From contig OZ251459.1 of assembly GCA_965242525.1 (NCBI GenBank), positions 2,880,001 to 2,944,000 on the forward strand: DNA of 64,000 bases, in the 5' to 3' direction. Origin of the DNA: an uncultured Candidatus Binatia bacterium. Lineage in GTDB: Bacteria; Desulfobacterota; Binatia; UBA9968; JAJDTQ01. Within the stretch, counting starts at the first letter, position 1. Each line of letters starts with the position of its first letter. The position numbers and the translations under genes are program-made. Below, piece after piece: positions 28,057 to 37,614 of this stretch. A model generated the notes under the pieces. That model was not told the DNA's origin, made no database searches, and worked only from the letters and a program-made list of their open reading frames with translations.

Positions 28057-29619
28057 TCAGGGTCCCGCCGGCGGGGTCGGAAGCTCCCGGGGCTTGCCCA
28101 CCCCTTCCTCCCGGAGTTGCCGGTCGATGGTCTCCAGCAAGCCGGACCGGGCTTCGGCGTCGCCGCCCTCTTCCTTGGCGGGTTGGGGTTTCCTGGCCGA
28201 GAAGAGCGCAGGGTCCGCGGCCGGTGCCGGAGGCGCGCCCGCCTCCGGTGCTCCCCGGCCGAGCCCGGCGTCCACCTCGCCCAGGACCGCGGCCGGGTCG
28301 CCCACGGAGACCTTCTCTTCCGGGTCTTCCGGCAGGTCGCCTGCCGGCGGTTCGAGGGTTCGGCGTTCCGGCGTCCCCAGGGTCTCGTCGATGCGCTCCA
28401 CCACCGCCCGGGAAGGCGAAGACGCCGTCTCCGCGGGGTCCGGCTTCCCTGCCGCTCCTTCGCTTTCGCCGCCGCCCCACGAGAACGGGTTCAGGAAGCT
28501 GAAGAAACCCCCGCCTTCCTCCGCGGGGGCCTGCCCCTCGCCGCCTGCCCGGGCTGCGACCTCTTCCGACTCCTCGCCATCGCCGCCCCACGCGAACGGG
28601 TTCAGGTACTCGTACCAGCTCTTCCCGTCCGGGTCTTCGTGGTCATAGCCTTCCTTGGTGATGAGAAGCGGCTTCTCCGGCGCGGCCTTCCCGGCCGGTC
28701 TCGCCGCAGCCGGAGGGTCGGGGGCCGCCGGGCTTTCCGGGGGAGACGGCGGCGCCGCGGACAGCCGGGCGGCCTCGGCCCGGGCCCGTTCCGCAAGCGG
28801 GTCCCCGGGATGGCTTTCCATCAACCGCCGGTAAGCCGCCAGGGCCTTGGCGGCGTCGTTTTCCCGTCGATGGGCGTCGGCGAGGGCGAACAGGGCCCTG
28901 GGCGCCGCCGGAGTGTCGGGATAGTCGCGCAGGACGTTCTCGAAACGTTCCCGGGCGGCCCAGTAGCTCTCCTCCCCCAGGTAGAACTCGCCCACGTACA
29001 ACTCGCGCTCGGCCATGTGGACACGGGCTTCCTCCAGCTTCTCGCGGGCGTCCGCAACGTGCTCGGAATCAGGGTGGTCCTGGATGACGGACTCGAAGTG
29101 TCCCTTTGCCTCCCTGACCTTCACCAGGTCCCGGTCCATCCCGGTGAACTGGTCCATGTTGACCCGGCCGAGCTGGTACTTGACGTAGTGCGTGTGCCGG
29201 CCCGTGGGCTGGAAGGCCAGGTAGTTCTTGTAGGTCTCCTCGGCCTGGATGTGCTCCCCGTTCAGGTAGTAGGCCTCGGCGATCTTCAACTCCGCGGTCT
29301 CGGCTTCCTCGCTGAACGGGTGCTCGTCCCGCAACTTCTCGAAGAACGAGATGGAGCGCGCATACCGCCCCCGCCCGAAGTAGTCCATGCCGTCCTTGTA
29401 CAGGTTGGCCGCGGTGGGGTCGGAGTCGGACAGGGGGTCGTCCCTGAACCACTCCCGGACCGCGGCGGTGATGTCTCCCGGCTTCGGGAACCTCGGGCGT
29501 TCGCCGGTGGGACCGATGCAGCCGCCCAGGACCAGCACCGCAACGAGTCCGCAGAGCATCGGTTTCAGGCAGTCTCTTTCGCGCATGTCAGGGGCTTTCA
29601 TGGGGCTTTCACGGACCAT
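28057..29619 (-). CDS. bamD: Outer membrane protein assembly factor BamD with long acidic/Pro-rich C-terminal extension
   Basis: Lipobox LGGC, TPR repeats, HPFSEEAETAELKIA, AERELYVGEFY..AARERF..YPDT; exact start uncertain. Confidence 0.8.
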   Translation of the reverse strand: MVRESPMKAPDMRERDCLKPMLCGLVAVLVLGGCIGPTGERPRFPKPGDITAAVREWFRDDPLSDSDPTAANLYKDGMDYFGRGRYARSISFFEKLRDEHPFSEEAETAELKIAEAYYLNGEHIQAEETYKNYLAFQPTGRHTHYVKYQLGRVNMDQFTGMDRDLVKVREAKGHFESVIQDHPDSEHVADAREKLEEARVHMAERELYVGEFYLGEESYWAARERFENVLRDYPDTPAAPRALFALADAHRRENDAAKALAAYRRLMESHPGDPLAERARAEAARLSAAPPSPPESPAAPDPPAAARPAGKAAPEKPLLITKEGYDHEDPDGKSWYEYLNPFAWGGDGEESEEVAARAGGEGQAPAEEGGGFFSFLNPFSWGGGESEGAAGKPDPAETASSPSRAVVERIDETLGTPERRTLEPPAGDLPEDPEEKVSVGDPAAVLGEVDAGLGRGAPEAGAPPAPAADPALFSARKPQPAKEEGGDAEARSGLLETIDRQLREEGVGKPRELPTPPAGP

Positions 29620-29840
29620 GGAAGGATGATGGAATCTACCTGGAATCTACCACGGCCTCCGCACGCCCTTCAACTCCGACGGGAACGCCGGGTTCCGGCC
29701 GCCGCGTCCGGGACGCCGCCAAGTCCGCCGCGGCGCCGCCCGCGCGGACGCCGAGCCGCATGACCCGGTCCATGCGGGTCCATCGGACCCGGACACGCGC
29801 GTCCCCAACGTGTCCATCGCGCGCCCCGGTCCATGCGGGT

Positions 29841-31556
29841 TCATCCCCCGGGCGGAGGGCCGAACTTCCTCGCGAAGGTCTGCCGCTGGCCGGTGCTGCC
29901 GAGCATGATCAGCTCGGTCTCCCGCTGGAGCGGCGTGTCCGGCGGCGGGTTCGTCACCACCGCGCCGTCCCGCTGGACCCCCACCACGGTCAGGCCCGTG
30001 CGCTCGGGCACGTAGCAACTGCCCAGCTTGCGCCCCAGCATGGACGCCGGCGCCGGGACCACGAACAGCTCCGCGCCCTCGCCCACCACCAGCAGCTTCC
30101 GTCCGTGCAGTTGGGCGAAGACGTCCTCCACCCCCTCGGAGGTGTAACTGAGCGCGAAGTCCGCCCCCGCCCGGTAGATGGCCTCCAGGTTCCTCTGGTG
30201 GGTGAGACGGCTCAGGATCAGCAACTCCGGGTTGAGGCGGCGGCAATAGACGGTCAGGTAGATGTTCATGGCGTCGTCGCTCCCGGACAGGACCACCGCC
30301 GGGGCCTCGTCCAGGCCCGCGGCCATGAGCAGCTCCCGGTCCGCGGCCTCGCCCAGGAAGAGCCGGCTGGGGATGTCCCCGATACGCGGCCGCAACGCCT
30401 CGTTGCGCTCGATCAGGTGCACGTCCATGTCCTTGCGCCTGAGCGCCCTGGCGGTGGCGCGCCCCACCTTGCCGCCCCCGATGACCACCACCGGGTGGTA
30501 GTTGACGTCGTAGATCACCAGCAGCAGGTTGACCTCCATGATCTGCTGCTCGGTGCCCATCACCACCAGCAGGCTGGAATGGGAAAGGTAGGTGTCCGGC
30601 CGGGCCGGCAACAGCTTGCCGCGCTCCCACACGCTGACGACCTCCACTCCCGTGGCCTCCCGGAGCCGGGTCTCGCCGATGGTGCGCCCGGCGAACGGCG
30701 TGTCATGCACCGCGAACTCGGCGATGCGGAGGTTCCGGATGGACCCGATCACGTGCACCTCGGCGTGCCCGGCGTTGATGCGGTTCGCCAGGCGGTGCGC
30801 CAGTTGCCGGTGCAGCGGCAGCACGTGGGTGCAGCCGCTCAACTCCAGCACGTCGATGGCGTCCTCGGCCTCCACCGTGGCCACGATGGGGACCTCCGGG
30901 GCCACTTCCCGGGCGGTGAGTATGATGTTCGTGTTCACCGTGTCGCTGACGTTGGCCAGTATCAGGCGCGCGTGCTCGGCGCGCAGGTTGACGTAGGTCT
31001 GCCGGCTGTCCACGTCGCCCGTGACCACCGACACCCCCTCGCCCTGCCTGCGGGCGGCCGCCACCGGGTCCGGCTCGATGAGGAAATAGGGGATGTTGTC
31101 GAGCTCCAGCCGCTCCATGAGGCCCGGGGCGATTGCGTCGTAACCGCACAGGATGACGTGCCCGGTGACGTCCTTCGGCGCCTCCCGCCGGGCGCGGCCC
31201 CGGATCTGGGCCTCCAGCCACGGCGCATAGAAGGAGCGGATGAACGTGAACGGAAGCACCACCAGCAGGAAGAAGGTGCCCGACACGAGCACGAAAATGC
31301 TGAAGCCCTTTCCCACGTCGCTCTGGAACACGACGTCGCCGAAGCCCAGGGTGGTCATGGTGGTCAGCGTCCAGTAGAAGCCCGTGAACCAGGAATGGTC
31401 CTGCCCCTCCACCGTGGCCATGATGATGTGGAAGACCAGCGTGTAGCACGCCACCAGCCCGAGCAGGACGCCGTGGAGCTTGACCAGCAGGGCGATGTTG
31501 CGCCGGCTTTCCGGCAGTTCCAGGAAGTAGGCGACGGTGCTTATGAAGAACTTCAT
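29841..31556 (-). CDS. Potassium channel/TrkA-domain protein
   Basis: TMTTLGFGD selectivity filter, two RCK-N/RCK-C pairs. Confidence 0.88.
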   Translation of the reverse strand: MKFFISTVAYFLELPESRRNIALLVKLHGVLLGLVACYTLVFHIIMATVEGQDHSWFTGFYWTLTTMTTLGFGDVVFQSDVGKGFSIFVLVSGTFFLLVVLPFTFIRSFYAPWLEAQIRGRARREAPKDVTGHVILCGYDAIAPGLMERLELDNIPYFLIEPDPVAAARRQGEGVSVVTGDVDSRQTYVNLRAEHARLILANVSDTVNTNIILTAREVAPEVPIVATVEAEDAIDVLELSGCTHVLPLHRQLAHRLANRINAGHAEVHVIGSIRNLRIAEFAVHDTPFAGRTIGETRLREATGVEVVSVWERGKLLPARPDTYLSHSSLLVVMGTEQQIMEVNLLLVIYDVNYHPVVVIGGGKVGRATARALRRKDMDVHLIERNEALRPRIGDIPSRLFLGEAADRELLMAAGLDEAPAVVLSGSDDAMNIYLTVYCRRLNPELLILSRLTHQRNLEAIYRAGADFALSYTSEGVEDVFAQLHGRKLLVVGEGAELFVVPAPASMLGRKLGSCYVPERTGLTVVGVQRDGAVVTNPPPDTPLQRETELIMLGSTGQRQTFARKFGPPPGG

Positions 31557-31616
31557 GAAACGACGGCGCTATTCCGGGACCGTCCCCGTTCCGTTCCGGG
31601 ACACGTTCCGACGGGG

Positions 31617-32975
31617 TCAGTTCTCGGCCAGCCAGCGCCCGAAACGCAACAGGTCGTAGTCTCTCCGGTAGAACCCGATCAACTGGACCCCCAGGGGCAA
31701 CCGGTCGAGGACGAGCCGCGGCAGGTTCAGGGCCGGGGCACCGAGCACCGACGAAGGCTCGCCGTAGAGGGAGTTGCCCACCGGCATTCCCCGGGGCGCG
31801 GCGTCCACCGAGTTCAAAGTGACGAACGCGTCCGCCCCCGACGCCATGGCGGCGTGCTGCCTGCGGAAGTCCCGGCGCCAGTCCAGGGCCCGGGCGTAGT
31901 CCTCCGGCCCCAGGCTCCGGCCCGCCTCCACCCGCTCCAGCACCCGCTCGCTCAGGAGCTCGGGACAGCGGTCGGCGTACAGGGCCAGGGGGTAGCGTCC
32001 TTCATAGGTGAGGATCAGGAGGGTCACCTCGGGCAACTCCCTGAGCCTCTGCTCCAGGGCCTCGACCTCCGGGTCGTCGGCCCGGCCCCTCAGCTCGACG
32101 CCCCGGGACCGCAACTCGTCGAGGTACGCCTCCCACGCCACCCGGGTCTCGTCCGGGGTCACGTCCCATCCCGCGGTCTCCAGCCGCACCAGCCGCCGGG
32201 GCTTCCTCGCCTCGGGCAGCGAAGGCTCGCCCCCGAGGCTCGGATGGCCCGGGTCGCCGCCCGCGGTGTGGGAGACGTAGTAGGCGGCGCTCCACATGTC
32301 CGCCAGGCTGCCGGCGAGGATGCCCAGGTGGTTCAGGCTGGGCGCGGAAGGAAAACCGCCCAGGGTGTGGATGGCGCCGTAGGATGCCTTGAGTGCATAG
32401 GTCCCGCAATAGGCGGCCGGCCGCAGCACCGAGCCGCGCACCTGGGTGCCGGTGGCCACCGGCGTCATGCCCGCGCCCACCGCGGCCGCGCTGCCGCTGG
32501 AGGAGCCCCCGGGAGTGCGCGATACGTCCCAGGGGTTGCGGGTGGGTCCGGGCGCGGCGAAGGCGAACTCCGTGGTCACCGTCTTGCCCAGGATCAACGC
32601 GCCGCCCTTGCGCAGCCAGTGGACCGCGGCCCCGTCCCAGCCGGACCGGTTGCCCTCCAGCACCCGGCTCCCCGCCTCCATGGGCATGTCCTCGGTGTCG
32701 TGCACGTCCTTGACCGCCACCGGCATGCCGTCCACCGCCGACAGGGGCCGCCCGTCCCGGTATCGCGCGGTCGCCGCGTCCGCGGCCTTGCGGGCGTTGT
32801 CCACGTTCAGCCGGACGAACGCCCGGACCTCCGGCTCGCGCTCCTCGATGGTCTCCAGGCAACGCTCCAGGTAGGCCCGGGGCGTGTCGCCGCCGTCGAG
32901 GAAAGCGGGGACCGAGGCGGCGTAGCACAAGAGGTTCGCGGTCGCGGGATGGTAGGAAACTTTCCGTCCGGCCAT
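31617..32975 (-). CDS. Amidase signature family protein
   Basis: GMPVAVKD, GKTVTTEFA, PGGSSSGSAAAV, GTQVRGSVLRPA. Confidence 0.9.
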   Translation of the reverse strand: MAGRKVSYHPATANLLCYAASVPAFLDGGDTPRAYLERCLETIEEREPEVRAFVRLNVDNARKAADAATARYRDGRPLSAVDGMPVAVKDVHDTEDMPMEAGSRVLEGNRSGWDGAAVHWLRKGGALILGKTVTTEFAFAAPGPTRNPWDVSRTPGGSSSGSAAAVGAGMTPVATGTQVRGSVLRPAAYCGTYALKASYGAIHTLGGFPSAPSLNHLGILAGSLADMWSAAYYVSHTAGGDPGHPSLGGEPSLPEARKPRRLVRLETAGWDVTPDETRVAWEAYLDELRSRGVELRGRADDPEVEALEQRLRELPEVTLLILTYEGRYPLALYADRCPELLSERVLERVEAGRSLGPEDYARALDWRRDFRRQHAAMASGADAFVTLNSVDAAPRGMPVGNSLYGEPSSVLGAPALNLPRLVLDRLPLGVQLIGFYRRDYDLLRFGRWLAEN

Positions 32976-33040
32976 GAGACTCCCTTCGGCGGCCCGGTCT
33001 GCTGCCGAGTGCCGAGCCGTTCTTCCGCGTGGTATTATAG

Positions 33041-34003
33041 ATGACAAAATGCCAAGTCGAAATGCAAGATGACCGGACACCCTCGAAACCTAGCCCGGCA
33101 ACGGTCTCCGGCGGTGCAGCCGTGAGCGCGGGAACCCGTGCGGAGCGCGCGCGGCCGCGGGCGCGGCTGGGGGCCCTGGCCGGGGCCGCGATGCTCGCCG
33201 CGGCCCTCGCCGGTCCCGCCTTGGGGGCGGAGCGACTGCTGGTGTTCGCCGCGGCCAGCCTGCAGGGGACCGTCGATGCGGTGGCGCAGCGGTTCGAGGA
33301 GCAGGGCGGGGCCGCGGCCGCGGTGTCGTTCGCGGCCAGCTCGACCCTCGCCCTCCAGATCGAACGCGGCGCCCCCGCGGACCTCCTGGTGTCGGCGAGC
33401 CCCGAGTGGACCGACCGGCTGGAGGCGGCGCGGCTGTTGCGGCCGGGGACCCGCGGCAACCTGCTGGGGAACCGGCTCGTGCTCGTGACCTCCGCGCTCC
33501 GCAACGCCACGGCGCCCATCCGCCGCCACTTTCGTCATTCTCCCGTCACTCGTCCTTCCCCTGCCATTCCCCATTCTCCCGTCATTCCCGCGAAAGCGGG
33601 AATCCATACCCTGGCGCAGCTACTGGGCGACGGACGGCTGGCCATGGGGGACCCCAACCATGTGCCCGCGGGCCGGTACGCCAAGGCCGCCCTGGAGCGC
33701 CTGGGGGTCTGGCGGACGGTGGCGGACCGCGTGGCCGGGGCCGCGGACGTGCGCCGGGCCCTGGCGCTGGTGGCCCGCGGCGAGGCGCCCTACGGCATCG
33801 TCTATGCCACCGACGCCCTGGCCGAGGACCGGGTGACGGTGGCGGGAGTCTTTCCCGAAGACTCCCATCCGCCCATCCACTATACGGTGGCGGTGCCCGC
33901 GGCCAGCGCCCATCCCCAGGCCGGGGCGTTCCTGGAGTTCCTGTGGACGCCCGCGGCCCGGGCCGTCTTCGAGGCCCGCGGCTTCGTGGCGCAGGAGCCA
34001 TAG
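33041..34003 (+). CDS. modA: Molybdate ABC transporter substrate-binding protein (with repeat-derived insertion)
   Basis: VFAAASL, SFAASSTLALQIERGAPAD, VPAGRYAKAAL, GIVYATDA; start may be downstream (GTG 33122). Confidence 0.9.
   Translation: MTKCQVEMQDDRTPSKPSPATVSGGAAVSAGTRAERARPRARLGALAGAAMLAAALAGPALGAERLLVFAAASLQGTVDAVAQRFEEQGGAAAAVSFAASSTLALQIERGAPADLLVSASPEWTDRLEAARLLRPGTRGNLLGNRLVLVTSALRNATAPIRRHFRHSPVTRPSPAIPHSPVIPAKAGIHTLAQLLGDGRLAMGDPNHVPAGRYAKAALERLGVWRTVADRVAGAADVRRALALVARGEAPYGIVYATDALAEDRVTVAGVFPEDSHPPIHYTVAVPAASAHPQAGAFLEFLWTPAARAVFEARGFVAQEP
33521..33607 (+). repeat. In-frame CGTC/dRS3-like repeat inside modA
   Basis: cgtcattcccgcgaaagcgggaatccat at 33580-33607 is identical to 26171-26198 and is preceded by degenerate cgtcattc units. 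Confidence 0.9.
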
Positions 34004-34009
34004 ACCGTC

Positions 34010-34711
34010 ATGTGGCCCCTTACCCCGGCCGAGTCCGAAGCCCTGGGCCTGAGCGTCCGGGTGGCCGCCTGGAGCACGCTCCTGGGCCTTCCCCCGGCCG
34101 TCCTGGCCGCGTTCGCGCTGGCCCGCGGCCGTTTCTGGGGCAAGGAGGCGCTCAACGCCGTGCTGCACCTGCCGCTGGTGCTGCCGCCGGTGGTCACCGG
34201 CTACCTGCTGCTCCTGCTGCTCGGGCGCCGGGGCGCGGTGGGGGCGTGGCTGGAGCAGACCTTCGGGCTGGTCCTCGCCTTCCGCTGGACCGGGGCGGTG
34301 GTGGCCGCGGCCGTGGTCGCGTTCCCCCTGATGGTGAGGCCCATCCGGCTTTCCCTGGAAGCGGTGGACCGGCGCCTGGAGTCGGCCGCGGCCACCCTCG
34401 GGGCCAACCGGCTGTGGACCTGCCTCACGGTCACCCTGCCCCTGAGCCTTCCGGGCATCGTGGTGGGGGCCGTCCTCGGCTTCACCCGGAGCCTGGGAGA
34501 GTTCGGGGCCACCATCACCTTCGTCTCCAACATCCCCGGCGAGACCCGCACCCTGTCCCTGGCGGTCCACTCCGCGCTGCAGGCCCCCGACGGGGAGCCC
34601 GGGGCCATGCGCCTCACCCTCATCATCGTGGCCGCCACCGTTGCGGCGCTGGCGGCGTCGGAAGCGCTGGGCCGGGCCGCGGCGCGGAGGACCCGGGGCT
34701 ACCATGCTTGA
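34010..34711 (+). CDS. modB: Molybdate ABC transporter permease
   Basis: LPLVLPPVVTGY, EAVDRRLESAAATLGA, RSLGEFGAT. Confidence 0.93.
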   Translation: MWPLTPAESEALGLSVRVAAWSTLLGLPPAVLAAFALARGRFWGKEALNAVLHLPLVLPPVVTGYLLLLLLGRRGAVGAWLEQTFGLVLAFRWTGAVVAAAVVAFPLMVRPIRLSLEAVDRRLESAAATLGANRLWTCLTVTLPLSLPGIVVGAVLGFTRSLGEFGATITFVSNIPGETRTLSLAVHSALQAPDGEPGAMRLTLIIVAATVAALAASEALGRAAARRTRGYHA

Positions 34712-35819
34712 AGTCCAGGTGGAGCGGCGCCTCGGGGACTTCCGGGTGGAAGCCCGGTTCCGCAGCGACCGCGGCGTCACCGCCCTCTTCGGCCGCTCCG
34801 GCGCGGGCAAGACCTCCATCGTGAACATGGTGAGCGGACTGCTGCGGCCCGACCGGGGCCGCATCGAGGTGGACGGCCACGTGCTGTTCGACAGCGCCCG
34901 GGGCATCGACCTCCCGCCCTGGCGGCGCCGGATGGGCTACGTGTTCCAGGAAGGGCGGCTGTTCCCCCACATGACCGTGCGACGGAACCTGCTCTACGGT
35001 TGGCGGCATACCCCTGCCGCGGGGCGCTACCTCACGCTGGACCAGGTGGTGGAGCGGCTCGACCTGGGCGCGCTGTTGCAGCGCCAGCCGCCCTCCCTTT
35101 CCGGCGGCGAGAAACAGCGCGTGGCGGTGGGGCGCGCGCTCCTGAGCAACCCCCGGGCCCTGCTCATGGACGAACCCCTGGCCTCCCTGGACGTGCTCGC
35201 CAAGAGGGAGATACTGCCCTACGTGGAGCGCCTCGACGAGATGGGCATCCCCATCGTCTATGTGAGCCATTCCCTGGACGAAGTGTCGCGCCTGGCCCGC
35301 AACCTGGTGCTGGTCTCCGGGGGGCGGGTCACCGCGTCGGGAGGGGTCGAGCAGGTCCTCGGACGCCGGGAACTCTGGTCAACGGAAGACGAGGCCGAGA
35401 CCGGCACCATGCTGGCCGCGCGGGTCTCCGGCCACGACGCCTCGGGCCAGCTCACGCACCTGGACTTCCGCGGCGGCCGGTTGCGGGTCCCCCTGGCGGA
35501 CATACCCGTGGGCGCGGCCGTGCGGGTATGGATCCGGGCCCGGGACGTGAGCGTGGCCACGGCGCCGCCCCGGGGCCTGAGCCTGCGCAACGTGCTCAAG
35601 GGGACCCTGCTGGAGGTGGCGCGGGACGAAGACCGCGGCCCCCTGGCGGAACTCCGGCTGCGCATCGGCGATACGCCGCTGACCGCGCTGGTGACCCGGC
35701 ACGCGGTGAGCGAACTCGCCCTGGCCCCGGGACAGGAAGTCTATGCGCTCATCAAGAGCGCCAACCTCGACCGGCGCCAACTGAGCCTGGCCGCGGCCAT
35801 GACCCGCGGGGAGCCGTAG
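34704..35819 (+). CDS. modC: Molybdate ABC transporter ATP-binding protein
   Basis: GRSGAGKTS, LSGGEKQRVA, C-terminal TOBE domain. Confidence 0.93.
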   Translation: MLEVQVERRLGDFRVEARFRSDRGVTALFGRSGAGKTSIVNMVSGLLRPDRGRIEVDGHVLFDSARGIDLPPWRRRMGYVFQEGRLFPHMTVRRNLLYGWRHTPAAGRYLTLDQVVERLDLGALLQRQPPSLSGGEKQRVAVGRALLSNPRALLMDEPLASLDVLAKREILPYVERLDEMGIPIVYVSHSLDEVSRLARNLVLVSGGRVTASGGVEQVLGRRELWSTEDEAETGTMLAARVSGHDASGQLTHLDFRGGRLRVPLADIPVGAAVRVWIRARDVSVATAPPRGLSLRNVLKGTLLEVARDEDRGPLAELRLRIGDTPLTALVTRHAVSELALAPGQEVYALIKSANLDRRQLSLAAAMTRGEP

Positions 35820-35829
35820 GCGGACCGCC

Positions 35830-37056
35830 ATGCCCTCCGCAAGATCGTCCGGCACCTTCGCGTCCCTGCGCCACCGGGACTTCCGGTACCTGTGGGGCGG
35901 CACCTGCTTCATCAGCGGCGGCCTGTGGATCCAGCAGGTCACGCTGGGGTGGGCGGTCTATGAGATGACGCGCTCGTCGGTGCTCCTGGGCGCGGTCAAC
36001 GGCCTGCGGACCATACCCTTCCTCCTCTTCAGCCCGCTGGCGGGGGTGGCCGCGGACCGCACCGACCGGCGCCGGCTCATGCTCGGCACCCAGTGGATGA
36101 TCCTGCTCACCGCGGCGGGCATGGGAGCCGTCGTGAGCCTGGACCTGCTGGAGGTCTGGCACCTGTTCGCCTTCACGCTGGTCACCGGGACGGTGTGGTC
36201 CTTCAGCGAGCCGGTGCGCCAGGCGCTGGTGCCCGACGTGGCGCCCCGGGAAGACCTGATGAACGCGGTGGCGCTCAACTCCGCGGCCTTCAACTTCACC
36301 AAGATCATCGGCCCCAGCGTGGGAGGCGTGCTCATCGCCTGGTTCGGGCTGGCGGGGAACTTCTACGTCCAGAGCGGCGCCTACCTCTTCGTCCTGTGGA
36401 TGATCTACCGGATGCGCGTCCCTCCGGCGGCCAGGGAGACCACCCGTTCCTCGGTGCTCCAGAACCTGCGGGAGGGGTTCCGGTACGTGTGGTCGGACCC
36501 CGTGGCCTTCGCCATCATGACTGCGGCCCTGGTGCCGCGCATCTTCGCGATGCCCTACCAGACCCTGATGCCGATCTTCCAGAAGGACGTGCTGGGGGTC
36601 GGACCGGAAGGCCTCGGGTTGATGATGGCGGCGCCGGGACTGGGCGCGTTGCTGGCCATACTCGGCGTCGCCCGCTTCGCCCACCGAGTCGGCCGGCCCG
36701 GCCAACTGCTGGTTGCGGCCCTGCTGTTCCAGGGGGTGGCCCTCATCCTGTTCGCCCAGATGCGCACCCTGCCGCTGTCGCTGCTGTCGCTGGTGTGCGT
36801 GGGAGGGTGCCAGATCCTGTTCATGACCACCACCAACTCCGTGCTGCACATGACGGTGCCGGCCGACCTCCGCGGCAGGGTCATGAGCATCTACATGCTG
36901 GACCGGGGCATGACCCCGGCCGGAGCGTTCCTGGCCGGCGTCAGCGCCCACTTCATCGGCGCCCCCCACACCGTGCTGGGCATGGGCGTCATCGTGCTCG
37001 TGCTCGCGGGGGTGGTGGTCCTGTGCTTCCCGAACCTGCGCAAGGTGGCCACGTGA
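35830..37056 (+). CDS. MFS transporter
   Basis: About 12 hydrophobic segments, GVAADRTDRRR motif A, DLRGRVMS. Confidence 0.88.
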   Translation: MPSARSSGTFASLRHRDFRYLWGGTCFISGGLWIQQVTLGWAVYEMTRSSVLLGAVNGLRTIPFLLFSPLAGVAADRTDRRRLMLGTQWMILLTAAGMGAVVSLDLLEVWHLFAFTLVTGTVWSFSEPVRQALVPDVAPREDLMNAVALNSAAFNFTKIIGPSVGGVLIAWFGLAGNFYVQSGAYLFVLWMIYRMRVPPAARETTRSSVLQNLREGFRYVWSDPVAFAIMTAALVPRIFAMPYQTLMPIFQKDVLGVGPEGLGLMMAAPGLGALLAILGVARFAHRVGRPGQLLVAALLFQGVALILFAQMRTLPLSLLSLVCVGGCQILFMTTTNSVLHMTVPADLRGRVMSIYMLDRGMTPAGAFLAGVSAHFIGAPHTVLGMGVIVLVLAGVVVLCFPNLRKVAT

Positions 37057-37151
37057 GCGGGCCGCGGAGCGCACCGGCTCGGCGACGGCAGGGACCCGTC
37101 CGCGGATCCGTCCGCCGCCGATTGCGCGAATCATCCGTCGTTGTATGTTAG

Positions 37152-37284
37152 GGAAACCCTGAACAATCGGGACAGGGGACATGAGCGCGTCCTTCGACTC
37201 CGCTTCGCTACGCTCAGGACGAACGGAGATAGGGGGTCAGGGCGAGGGAATACATGCTCCATGTCTCGATTGTTTAGATGTTCC
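37152..37284 (+). mobile_element. MITE-like element with REP core
   Basis: GGAAACCCTGAACAATCGGGACA ... REP core (37185-37226) ... TGTCTCGATTGTTTAGATGTTCC, imperfect inverted ends. Confidence 0.6.
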
Positions 37285-37344
37285 GTCAGGGAAACCCTGA
37301 ACAACGATCCACGTTGGTCCTGAGCGTAACGAACGGCGCATGAT

Positions 37345-37537
37345 GGCAAATCCCAGGGAGGGTCAGGGCTGAGCAACAAGCAGGGTCGGGCCGAGCAAGA
37401 CGGCAAATCCAGGGAGAGTCAGGGCTGAGCAACGAGCAAGGCCAGGGCCGAGCAAGACGGCAAATCCCAGGGAGGATCAGGGCTAAGCAACGAGCAGGAT
37501 CAGGGCCGAACAACGAGCAGGATCAGGGCTGAGCAAC
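37345..37537 (+). repeat. ~57-bp tandem repeat (x3) with ~20-bp subunits
   Basis: ggcaaatcc(c)agggag..tcagggct.agcaac.agca...gggccga.caa repeated. Confidence 0.85.
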
Positions 37538-37540
37538 TAT

Positions 37541-37584
37541 CCCCGTTCGTCCTGAGCGTAGCGAAGCGAAGTCGAAGGACGCGC
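37541..37584 (-). repeat. REP core copy (inverted)
   Basis: ccccgttcgtcctgagcgtagcgaagcgaagtcgaaggacgcgc. Confidence 0.9.
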
Positions 37585-37614
37585 TTTCGACACGAGAACA
37601 CGTCGGGAGGCACC

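Noticed and set aside
37345-37537. Possible CRISPR array
   Set aside because: Units are contiguous degenerate tandem repeats with no unique spacers and no cas genes nearby.
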